DNA of 10,220 nucleotides from assembly GCA_964565125.1 (NCBI GenBank), contig CAZMCX010000022.1:1-10220 (forward strand), given 5' to 3'. This document shows, piece after piece, positions 1-6,295 of the stretch. Numbering within the stretch: position 1 is the stretch's first letter; each line of letters starts with the position of its first letter. A program made the position numbers and the translations under genes. This stretch comes from an uncultured archaeon. GTDB taxonomy: Archaea > Iainarchaeota > Iainarchaeia > Iainarchaeales > 0-14-0-20-30-16. Under the pieces are notes generated by a model that saw only the letters and a list, made by a program, of their open reading frames with translations, made no database searches and was not told the DNA's origin.

Positions 1-13
1 TATAAAAGATATG

Positions 14-21
14 TTTATATA
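14..21 (+). promoter_or_regulatory. Archaeal box-A/TATA element (TTTATATA) for the 44-1222 gene
   Basis: TTTATATA at 14-21 leaves 22 nt before the ATG at 44, so the box centre is about 26-27 nt upstream. That spacing is typical for an archaeal TATA-to-TSS distance and predicts a leaderless or near-leaderless mRNA. No SD motif lies in between. The same 13-mer ATGTTTATATATT recurs at 3962-3974. Confidence 0.55.
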
Positions 22-29
22 TTGTTTGA

Positions 30-43
30 GTTAACAAGTTAAC
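30..43. promoter_or_regulatory. GTTAAC-AA-GTTAAC dyad abutting the start codon (possible operator)
   Basis: The palindromic hexamer GTTAAC occurs at 30-35 and 38-43. Together they form a 14-bp near-palindrome over the predicted TSS and end 1 nt before the ATG at 44. Confidence 0.3.
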
Positions 44-1222
44 ATGAGTAAAAAGATTATCTTTTGTATCATAGGGACAATTATACTTTTCGTACTAATA
101 GCAAATTCTTATTCTTACTCCACTTTTGATATGGAGAAGCAAATTAAAGCACAAAATGAAGACTTTTCAATAGAGATCCTTCCTGAAGCAGAGTATCTAA
201 GCCTACGGCAAGGCTCTTTTTCAATTATTAAACTTGGCATAAACATAGACTCCTATTACAAACTAAAGCTAAATTATGGCTTTGAAAGTGATTTGGAAGT
301 CACAAGCCCAACATACACAGATAACACAAATTTTTCATATTCTAAGGTTCTAAACCTACAAATTCCAAATAACACAGAACTGAGAGAGCATAAAATCTTA
401 GTAAAAATAAATGCAAATAATGGCTTCAAGAACAAAGATTTCGAAAAAGAAATTATAGTAAAAGTAACCGAAAAAGATAGCAAATACTCTTTCAGTTCAA
501 ACACAAATAACTCGACCCCGAATCTTGAGGTAGTTTATTGGAATTATACAACCTTAGCAATAGGAAAGAATTTCCCTTCAGAAAAGGTAATATTTAGTGT
601 AAAAAACACAGGTGCAAACTCAGACTTTTTTCCGATTTTTGAAAATGATGAAAATTGCTTTGTTGTAAAGTACATTCCAATGATAACAAACATCCCAAGC
701 AATACAATAAAGGATTTCTTTTTTGTGGTAGATTACAATACAGAAGTAGGTTATTGTAAAGACACAGAAATCTCAGTTTTCCTGAGAGATTCCCACACAA
801 ACAAGGAATATTTCTTAGGCAAGGAGTTAGTTCTATTTAGGGACGATTACGAGCAAAAAGTAATGCCAGAAACAAAGACAACTCAAACCAATACAAATGA
901 TGAAACAGGACCAAATGTTGACAATCCTACTGGCGTACCTACTGCAGGCTTAGATTATAGTAAGGACTTAAACACAGGCATAGTAGTTAATTCCAATGAA
1001 AATACAGAAGATGTTAATACCTCAATAATACCTATTGGCTCTACTAGTACATTATCAAATTCCAAACCAACAGCATTATTTGCTCTAGAGAATAGAAGCA
1101 TAACAATTGGCGCAATAGTTTTAATTGTTTTAATTTTCGTAGTTGTTATTTTCCGTGGTGGATTTATGAACAACACAAAGAATGTTAAAAAGCTTGTAAA
1201 ACAAATGCAAAAAGAAGAATAA
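44..1222 (+). CDS. Predicted cell-surface / envelope protein (N-terminal signal or anchor, C-terminal TM anchor); function unknown
   Basis: 392-aa ORF. The N-terminus has a charged-then-hydrophobic segment (MSKKIIFCIIGTIILFVLIANS). Two beta-rich segments have alternating-residue patterns. Several N-x-S/T sequons are present (NFS, NNT, NNS/NST, NYT, NTS, NRS). A Thr/Asn/Pro-rich linker (ETKTTQTNTNDETGPNVDNPTGVPT) precedes a C-terminal TM (ITIGAIVLIVLIFVVVIF) and a Lys-rich tail. I recognise no family. Confidence 0.8.
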   Translation: MSKKIIFCIIGTIILFVLIANSYSYSTFDMEKQIKAQNEDFSIEILPEAEYLSLRQGSFSIIKLGINIDSYYKLKLNYGFESDLEVTSPTYTDNTNFSYSKVLNLQIPNNTELREHKILVKINANNGFKNKDFEKEIIVKVTEKDSKYSFSSNTNNSTPNLEVVYWNYTTLAIGKNFPSEKVIFSVKNTGANSDFFPIFENDENCFVVKYIPMITNIPSNTIKDFFFVVDYNTEVGYCKDTEISVFLRDSHTNKEYFLGKELVLFRDDYEQKVMPETKTTQTNTNDETGPNVDNPTGVPTAGLDYSKDLNTGIVVNSNENTEDVNTSIIPIGSTSTLSNSKPTALFALENRSITIGAIVLIVLIFVVVIFRGGFMNNTKNVKKLVKQMQKEE

Positions 1223-1226
1223 AGTG

Positions 1227-2498
1227 TTACAAGAAAATTATACTTGCTAATCCTAAAAATATAAAGAATCCACAAACATCTGTTGCAGTAGTTATAAATA
1301 TGCTTGATCCTGTTGCTGGATCCTTTCCAATATGCTTAAGGAATAAAGGAACAAAGAAACCTGCGCTAACTGCAACCATTAAATTCAACAAAACCGACAC
1401 TGCCACAACAAGGCCAAAGACAAGACTTGCCCCTAATAAATAAGCCAATATCACTGCAACAATTCCAACTACCAGCCCATTAAAAAAAGCTGCAAAAAGT
1501 TCATTGAAATAGATTTTGAAAAATGCTTTTTTTTCTATATTGTGTAAAACAAGACCTCTAACTGTTACAGCAAGAGTCTGAGTCCCGGCATTTCCACCCA
1601 TCCCTGCAATTATTGGCATATAAGCAGCAAGAACAACAAGCGCAGAAATTACATCTCTAAATAACACCACAACAAAAGAAGCAAGGAATGCAGTAAATAA
1701 ATTAAGTATTAGCCATACAGCCCTATTCTTTATTTTTACATAAAATTTATCAAAAATATCTTCTTCTTGCCTTAACCCTGCAAAGCCATACAAATCTTGT
1801 GCCCTCTGTTTTTTTAATAACCTAAAAACATCATCAGAATAAATAATTCCAATAATTGCTTTGCCTTTGTCCAAAACAATTACTTTATTGTGTTTATTAT
1901 GTTCAAATAATTTTATAACTCTTGATTGTTTTTCATGATAAAAAATAGTTGGTACTTTTATAACATAATTGTCTACAACATTATCAAAACTACCGTGAAT
2001 AAATGCTGAAACTGGTATCTCACCCACAAAAAGTCCGTCTTTCTGAACCAAAACTATTGGGTCTTTTCCAGTTTTCTTTTTATGTTTTTCAACAACTGTT
2101 AGAACATCTTTAAATTCAATTCCTAAATCCACCAATACATAATTCAGATCCATCAAACCAGCCGCGGTGTCTGGGGGATATTCTAAAAGATCCGCCACTT
2201 TCTTTGCCATGCTATCCTCCAGCTTAGAAAGTATTTTTTTACGTCTAAAAAAAGATAATCCTTGAATTATATCAGTAATATCGTCTGGATCAGGATACCT
2301 TAATAAATCAATTAATTTTTCGTCTGAGATTTTTTTAAAAATTTGTTTTTGAATTGTATTGGGCAAAGATAAAAGCACTACCCCCCTAAGCCCAATCGGC
2401 ACCCTTAAAAATTCAGCACAATAATCAGTACTATTAATTATTTGGTCAACATATTGGCTTGGCAGGAGATATCCATTATGCATTATAGAAAGAAGCAA
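1227..2498 (-). CDS. mgtE: Magnesium transporter MgtE
   Basis: 423-aa ORF. It has the MgtE_N-type motif LLEYPPDTAAGLMD, a CBS-pair-like middle region, and a TM domain with the signature MGGNAGTQTLAVTVRGL and a TATDVCGFF segment. The track start at 2498 is TTG; an ATG at 2483 (MHNGY...) is the alternative. Confidence 0.9.
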   Translation of the reverse strand: MLLSIMHNGYLLPSQYVDQIINSTDYCAEFLRVPIGLRGVVLLSLPNTIQKQIFKKISDEKLIDLLRYPDPDDITDIIQGLSFFRRKKILSKLEDSMAKKVADLLEYPPDTAAGLMDLNYVLVDLGIEFKDVLTVVEKHKKKTGKDPIVLVQKDGLFVGEIPVSAFIHGSFDNVVDNYVIKVPTIFYHEKQSRVIKLFEHNKHNKVIVLDKGKAIIGIIYSDDVFRLLKKQRAQDLYGFAGLRQEEDIFDKFYVKIKNRAVWLILNLFTAFLASFVVVLFRDVISALVVLAAYMPIIAGMGGNAGTQTLAVTVRGLVLHNIEKKAFFKIYFNELFAAFFNGLVVGIVAVILAYLLGASLVFGLVVAVSVLLNLMVAVSAGFFVPLFLKHIGKDPATGSSIFITTATDVCGFFIFLGLASIIFL

Positions 2499-2510
2499 AC
2501 CAGGTATATA

Positions 2511-2777
2511 TTATTTCTTCTTTTTCTTGATTTCTTTTAAGCCTTCGAGTTTACTTAAAAGCATCCACAAATCTGGTTTCACAGAAATAGGCAAGTTTAT
2601 ATCTTCACAAACATCTTGCAATTTGTAAACAACATCAGAAAGAGCAACAATCTCTAATTCTTTCCCTTCAACGACTTTTTTTGTGTCTTCCAAAACACTT
2701 TTTATGTTTCTCGGGATTGAATAGTCCGAAAGTAACATATTTAAAATATCTACAAGTTCATTTATTTCCGGAGCCAT
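2511..2777 (-). CDS. UPF0147-family small helical protein (archaeal, function unknown)
   Basis: 88-aa ORF with the two repeat motifs I associate with UPF0147 (PF03685-like): D-x-S-[IV]-P-R-N-I-[KR] (DYSIPRNIK) and a second N-[LM]-P ... W ... L-S-x-L-E element (DINLPISVKPDLWMLLSKLE). A strong SD (GAGGTGGTC, plus coordinates 2780-2788) lies upstream of the ATG at 2777. Confidence 0.7.
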   Translation of the reverse strand: MAPEINELVDILNMLLSDYSIPRNIKSVLEDTKKVVEGKELEIVALSDVVYKLQDVCEDINLPISVKPDLWMLLSKLEGLKEIKKKKK

Positions 2778-2794
2778 AGGACCACCTCATAAAT

Positions 2795-2830
2795 AAAAAA
2801 AAGGAAAATTAAATTCCCACAAGGGAATTT
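2795..2830 (-). terminator. Stem-loop plus oligo-T, terminator/attenuator-like, between S3Ae and UPF0147
   Basis: On the minus strand, a perfect 8-bp stem AAATTCCC-TTGT-GGGAATTT (2811-2830) starts inside the S3Ae TAA stop. It is followed by AATTTTCC and a T8 run (plus-strand A8 at 2795-2802). Oligo-T is the known archaeal termination signal. Confidence 0.5.
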
Positions 2831-3422
2831 ACTTCTTCTTGTTTACCTTCTTCAAAAGCAATATTGCACATCCTCTTATTTCCGCAATATTTTTTACTTT
2901 CGAAATAAGGTCTTTTTCTACATCTTTGTTCATAACTAAGTCAAACACATCATCACTACTATTTTTTGAAACAATCATTCCGATCTGCTTTCTCAGTTCT
3001 TTTGAAATATCTTTTACTTTTATTTTTTCAACTTTTCTTCTTGTAACACACAAAGATTTTACTTTTAGTCTCTGACCATCTTTGGTATCTAAAAATTGAA
3101 CAATATCCAATTTATTGCATCTTCGTCCAATAAGCCTTCTTGAAAAGTTTCCTTTCATTTCTAATGCAAACATTTCCGTATATGCATTTGAGGCTTGTAT
3201 ATTATTTACTCTGAAGTAAACATCGTATTTTTTCTTCTGAAATTGGTTTGTAAGTTGTCCCAAGTTTGCTTTAGTAACTCTTCCAATTACTTTTTCATCT
3301 TTATCGGATACTGTATGGCCTATTTCAACATTACCAACTAATTTTGGCGCCATAATTGTATATTCCTTTTTTTTCTTCCACTTATCAACCACAACTCTTT
3401 GTTGTTTACTAGTAGCAGCCAT
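2829..3422 (-). CDS. rps3ae: 30S ribosomal protein S3Ae (eS1)
   Basis: The N-terminal VVDKWKKKKEYTIMAP and the downstream GRV...L..LT and RRL..RR patterns are typical of archaeal S3Ae. The ATG at 3422 (MAATSKQQ...) is preferred. The track start at 3431 is a GTG that overlaps the uS15 TGA stop (GTGA). Confidence 0.9.
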   Translation of the reverse strand: MAATSKQQRVVVDKWKKKKEYTIMAPKLVGNVEIGHTVSDKDEKVIGRVTKANLGQLTNQFQKKKYDVYFRVNNIQASNAYTEMFALEMKGNFSRRLIGRRCNKLDIVQFLDTKDGQRLKVKSLCVTRRKVEKIKVKDISKELRKQIGMIVSKNSSDDVFDLVMNKDVEKDLISKVKNIAEIRGCAILLLKKVNKKK

Positions 3423-3427
3423 AACTA

Positions 3428-3883
3428 TCACCTAACCAATAATGCTGCCTTTTCATCACTATATTTCCAATCCATTGGCAACAATTTCTTTCCTTTATAA
3501 TAAATCGCTAATCTTCTAATCTTAGAAACTGTCAATTGATGACCTCTTTTAGCAGTTCTATCCTTTTTATTAAGTTCTAAGTGCTTCAAAAGTTTAACTG
3601 CGGATCTAATTAGATTCCCTAAATCTTCTGGAAGCCCTGGTTGCAGTTTATTATCCTTTAAAATTTGTGTTATTGTCTTCCCTGCAACAATATCTGCAGA
3701 GGGAATACCATATTGATCTCTTAAGGTTATACCAATCACCGAAGGAGACATTCCTTCCTTCGCAAATGATACAACTAAATCTTCTATTTCTTTCGGTTTC
3801 AACTTTACCCAATCTGGTTTATCTTTTACGTCGGGTTTGGTTGAGCCTGATTTTCCTTTTGATTTTGAGTGCATTCTTGCCAT
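3428..3883 (-). CDS. rps15: 30S ribosomal protein S15 (uS15; S15P/S13e type)
   Basis: MARMHSKSKGKSGSTKP is the conserved archaeal uS15 N-terminus, and the C-terminal KRLAIYYKGKKLLPMDWKY also fits. The ATG at 3883 is preceded by GGAGG (3896-3900) and GGTGA. An alternative ATG at 3895 directly abuts GGAGG and would add MVRV. Confidence 0.9.
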   Translation of the reverse strand: MARMHSKSKGKSGSTKPDVKDKPDWVKLKPKEIEDLVVSFAKEGMSPSVIGITLRDQYGIPSADIVAGKTITQILKDNKLQPGLPEDLGNLIRSAVKLLKHLELNKKDRTAKRGHQLTVSKIRRLAIYYKGKKLLPMDWKYSDEKAALLVR

Positions 3884-3964
3884 GACTCTCACCATCCTCC
3901 TTTTTGAAATTCAAAATAGAATCTAAAAAAAATTAGAGTCTTTTAATTATATTATATGGTAATG

Positions 3965-3972
3965 TTTATATA
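3965..3972 (+). promoter_or_regulatory. Archaeal box-A/TATA element (TTTATATA) for the 4004-5622 operon
   Basis: TTTATATA lies 31 nt upstream of the ATG at 4004 and downstream of the ORF-track ATG at 3956. This argues that 4004 is the real start. It is part of the 13-mer ATGTTTATATATT shared with 11-23. Confidence 0.5.
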
Positions 3973-4003
3973 TTCTACCGCAATATATTTCTTAGTGGGT
4001 CAT

Positions 4004-4507
4004 ATGGGAAAAAAGATTCTTATTTTAGTAGTTATTATTGCAATAATTATTGGCGGATATTTTTATTACACAAATTTCATGGCTGATTCTGCCTATTTTA
4101 TAGAAAAAAGTAGGGAAAAATTCAATATAACTGATTATGCAAACGAAACACAAATTAATGAATACAAAGCATATCTACTCAAAGAACAAGGTTCTAAAGG
4201 TAGCGAAATCTCAAAAGCAATAGATATTGAAACTGGATATTGGGAGTACTATTTAGTTAACAAAAACGCCATGAAATACATCGCAGACACCCCAAATTTA
4301 CTTTCCATAAACTGTGGGCTTGAAGCACAACAACTAAAAACTTTAACAGACAATGGAAAATTAAAATTAAAAGCAATAAAAGCAGACCTGGAATCAAATA
4401 AAGAAAAACTAAAAAGTTATTACGAAATTATGCAAGAACCAATTGAAAATCTAGAAAACGACCTAATTAAGCACAACGACATTTTATATATTTTATGCCC
4501 AAACTAA
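4004..4507 (+). CDS. Membrane-anchored hypothetical protein (single N-terminal TM)
   Basis: The ORF track gives 3956-4507. I prefer the start at 4004 (MGKKILILVVIIAIIIGGYFYY, a classic signal-anchor) because of the TATA position. The rest is a charged, helix-prone domain with two Cys. No family recognised. Confidence 0.65.
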   Translation: MGKKILILVVIIAIIIGGYFYYTNFMADSAYFIEKSREKFNITDYANETQINEYKAYLLKEQGSKGSEISKAIDIETGYWEYYLVNKNAMKYIADTPNLLSINCGLEAQQLKTLTDNGKLKLKAIKADLESNKEKLKSYYEIMQEPIENLENDLIKHNDILYILCPN

Positions 4508-4512
4508 TTAGT

Positions 4513-5088
4513 ATGAAACTAATTTACGAAGGGGCAGAGGCAAAGGTCTTTTTAGACAAAGGCATAATAATCAAACAACGAATTGTAAAAAAATATCGAC
4601 ATCCAAACCTAAATAACAAAATCCTAAAACAAAGAACCAAGGCAGAAGCAAGTATTTTAAGAAAGGTTAAAAAAGCAGGAATTGCTTGCCCAGAAGTAAT
4701 AAAAGAAGATCTAGAAAATTACACTTTATACTTATCTTACATTAAGGGAAATCCTTTAAGAAAATATTCTAAAGACAAAGAAAAACTTATTTTAGTTGGA
4801 AAAGAAATTGCAAAACTCCACAACCACAATATAATTCATGGGGATCTAACAGCACAAAATATTTTTTATGGAGACAAAAAACCAATATTTTTAGATTTTG
4901 GGTTGTCCAGTATTTCTGCAAAGCTCGAAGATTATGCAACAGATTTAACTGTACTAAAAGGAACGATTCTTGCTGATTTTTCAGAAGAAACCTGGAACTA
5001 CATTCTTGAAGGATATTTAAAAAATACGAAGCACGAAATCGAAAACAAAATAAATGAAATTGAAAAAAGAAAACGTTATTTAGGCTAA
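4513..5088 (+). CDS. bud32: KEOPS complex kinase/ATPase Bud32 (Kae1-associated kinase)
   Basis: It has the glycine-loop equivalent LIYEGAEAKVF, the catalytic-loop motif IIHGDLTAQN (family consensus HGDLTxSN), FLDFGLS (the DFG equivalent), and a basic C-terminal tail RKRYLG. Starting at 4513 gives the typical M-x-LI-x-GAEA N-terminus. An alternative ATG at 4495 would overlap the upstream gene by 13 nt. Confidence 0.88.
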   Translation: MKLIYEGAEAKVFLDKGIIIKQRIVKKYRHPNLNNKILKQRTKAEASILRKVKKAGIACPEVIKEDLENYTLYLSYIKGNPLRKYSKDKEKLILVGKEIAKLHNHNIIHGDLTAQNIFYGDKKPIFLDFGLSSISAKLEDYATDLTVLKGTILADFSEETWNYILEGYLKNTKHEIENKINEIEKRKRYLG

Positions 5089-5103
5089 ATAAGTGATACA
5101 AAA

Positions 5104-5622
5104 ATGATTTTAGAGTTATTATTTTACCCTGGAGTAATAATTCATGAGTTCACACACTTTCTAGCCTGCATATTATTGGGTGTAAAAGTAACAAAAATAA
5201 AATTTGGATTAAAAGAATCATATGTACAGCACCAGGATGTGCATAACTGGAAAACAATAATTATTGCTATTGCCCCATTTTTATTAAGCAATTTAATTGC
5301 CACTCTTGGTATTTGGTATGCAGTAAAATTTTATCCAGAGTTTTATTTTTTTGCAATAATTTTATGGCTGGCAATCACAATTATCTTTCAATCAGTTCCA
5401 AGCAAGAAAGATATCCAAAATGTAGACTCAAAAATAGTTTCAATCTACAAAGGTATTGCAAAGAGCCATTTCCTTCTACAAATTCCGTTATTTCTGGCGA
5501 ATACAATTATAATAATTCCATTAAAGTTATTCAATTTTCTTATGCTAATTTTCAATAAATATCAACTTCTAAAAATAGTTTTAATTATTGCGGTATTCCA
5601 CTTAGGAATTTGGTTGGCATAA
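5104..5622 (+). CDS. Small polytopic membrane protein with an HExxH motif (putative zinc metallopeptidase, M50B/DUF3267-like)
   Basis: 172-aa ORF. YPGVIIHEFTHFLACILLGVKV resembles the HExGHxxxxxxxG segment of M50B-like membrane peptidases. At least three further hydrophobic segments follow. The SD-like GTGAT at 5093-5097 lies 6 nt before the ATG. Confidence 0.6.
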   Translation: MILELLFYPGVIIHEFTHFLACILLGVKVTKIKFGLKESYVQHQDVHNWKTIIIAIAPFLLSNLIATLGIWYAVKFYPEFYFFAIILWLAITIIFQSVPSKKDIQNVDSKIVSIYKGIAKSHFLLQIPLFLANTIIIIPLKLFNFLMLIFNKYQLLKIVLIIAVFHLGIWLA

Positions 5623-5686
5623 TTTAGTAAGACAAAGACAGCATTAGTTAGGCAACAAAATATAAAAAAGAAGATAAACTAAAGAC

Positions 5687-5711
5687 AAAAAAACATCACG
5701 GCAAAGAAAAA
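5687..5711 (-). terminator. Oligo-T termination tracts downstream of the archaeosortase gene
   Basis: The minus strand reads ...CCGAGTTTTTCTTTGCCGTGATGTTTTTTTG... starting about 20 nt after the TAG stop at 5735-5737. It contains a T5 run (5707-5711) and a T7 run (5687-5693). I found no convincing stem. Confidence 0.4.
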
Positions 5712-5734
5712 CTCGGAACCACTTGGACCCCTAC

Positions 5735-6295
5735 CTATTCTGCAAAGATTAAAAAATATACAAAAAATAATAAAGTAAATATCCAAAATCCAAACTTAAA
5801 CAAAACAGTATGTAAGATATCTACAGACATCAGATCAAGAATTCCTAAAGAATAGATTACTATTACAATTCTTACAAGATTAAAAATCACAAAGGCAAGA
5901 ATATACCCCAAAATTCCAACTGCTCTTTTCCACAATTTGATTTCAAAGCAAGCAAAAATCAATGAAATAAACACAATCAATTCGTATGCCCCTGAGCAAA
6001 CATCAGTAATATTTATTTGAAAAGTGGAAAAATCCACTGTTGTTCCAACCAAAGTAACATTTTGAAAACTTGCACTAAAAAAATTATAAACCAAGTAAGA
6101 AAAAAACAAAGAGACATAATAATACAAATTAAAATATTCAAAAATAAAATACAAAACCAAAAATGCAAACAAAAATGAAATTAGGAATACAAAAATCTTT
6201 GAAAAAATAGTTAAGGATTTTTTGCTTTTTCCGTTGTTATGTGCATAATGCCTTATTTTTTCAAAAATATTCATTTTTTTCTGCAAAGAAATCAC
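5735..6295 (-). CDS. Exosortase/archaeosortase-family protein (miniature, 186 aa)
   Basis: About five TM segments. FQINITDVCSGAYELIVF matches the family active-site Cys motif (V..CSG). FNLVRIVIVIY matches the N-x-x-R motif. DILHTVLFKFGFWIF matches the His-containing motif. The GTG start at 6295 is preceded by GAGGT (4-nt spacer) and overlaps the patatin TGA stop (GTGA). The ATG at 6274 is an alternative start. Confidence 0.72.
   Translation of the reverse strand: MISLQKKMNIFEKIRHYAHNNGKSKKSLTIFSKIFVFLISFLFAFLVLYFIFEYFNLYYYVSLFFSYLVYNFFSASFQNVTLVGTTVDFSTFQINITDVCSGAYELIVFISLIFACFEIKLWKRAVGILGYILAFVIFNLVRIVIVIYSLGILDLMSVDILHTVLFKFGFWIFTLLFFVYFLIFAE

Noticed and set aside
644-651. C-box-like AATGATGA, and similar TGATGA hits inside mgtE, rps3ae and the ATPase gene, as possible C/D box sRNAs
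   Set aside because: All are inside coding regions, and none has a correctly spaced CUGA D/D' box or terminal complementarity.
1040-1222. Calling the surface-protein C-terminus a PGF-CTERM or other named archaeosortase signal
   Set aside because: No PGF, PEF or VPXXXP motif precedes the TM, and the post-TM tail (about 23 residues) is much longer than in known signals. It is retained only as a low-confidence hypothesis in the findings.
274-1275. Minus-strand ORFs 274-504, 594-800 and 955-1275, antisense to the surface-protein gene
   Set aside because: All lie within the longer, better-supported plus-strand CDS. Their translations are Leu/Phe/Ser/Cys-rich and low-complexity, as expected for the antisense of Lys/Asn/Glu-rich AT-rich coding sequence. 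No motifs or plausible start context.
2839-3885. Plus-strand ORFs 2839-3075 and 3667-3885, antisense to S3Ae and uS15
   Set aside because: They lie entirely inside confidently identified ribosomal protein genes. The products are Phe/Ser/Leu-rich shadow-frame sequences.
3904-3914. TTGAA-A-TTCAA palindrome in the uS15 leader region
   Set aside because: A 5-bp arm with a 1-nt centre cannot form an RNA hairpin, and such a palindrome is expected by chance in sequence this AT-rich. There is no second copy.
3956-4003. Upstream ATG extensions offered by the ORF track (3956 for the membrane protein; likewise 7110 for patatin, 8017 for Rpp30, 3895 for uS15, 3431 for S3Ae)
   Set aside because: The shorter starts fit family N-termini (MARMHSK, MAATSK..DKWK, MIQRKKVGIALGGG, M.YDF) and SD or TATA positions better. 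The 3956 ATG lies upstream of the predicted TATA box. The extensions are kept only as alternatives in the feature notes.
4787-5101. Minus-strand ORF antisense to Bud32
   Set aside because: It overlaps a confidently identified kinase gene. It has shadow-frame composition and no promoter or SD.
5313-5558. Same-strand nested ORF (81 aa) inside the HExxH membrane protein gene
   Set aside because: It is an alternative frame of a CDS whose main frame gives coherent TM segments and a start with an SD. The nested product has no features.
5623-5734. Convergent intergenic region with a short GC-richer patch (CGGAACCACTTGGACCCCTACC), checked for a tRNA or small RNA
   Set aside because: It is too short, and I could not build a cloverleaf or extended stems. 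No C/D box pair is present (GTGATGT on the minus strand lacks a matching CUGA). The oligo-T termination tracts of the archaeosortase gene explain it better.
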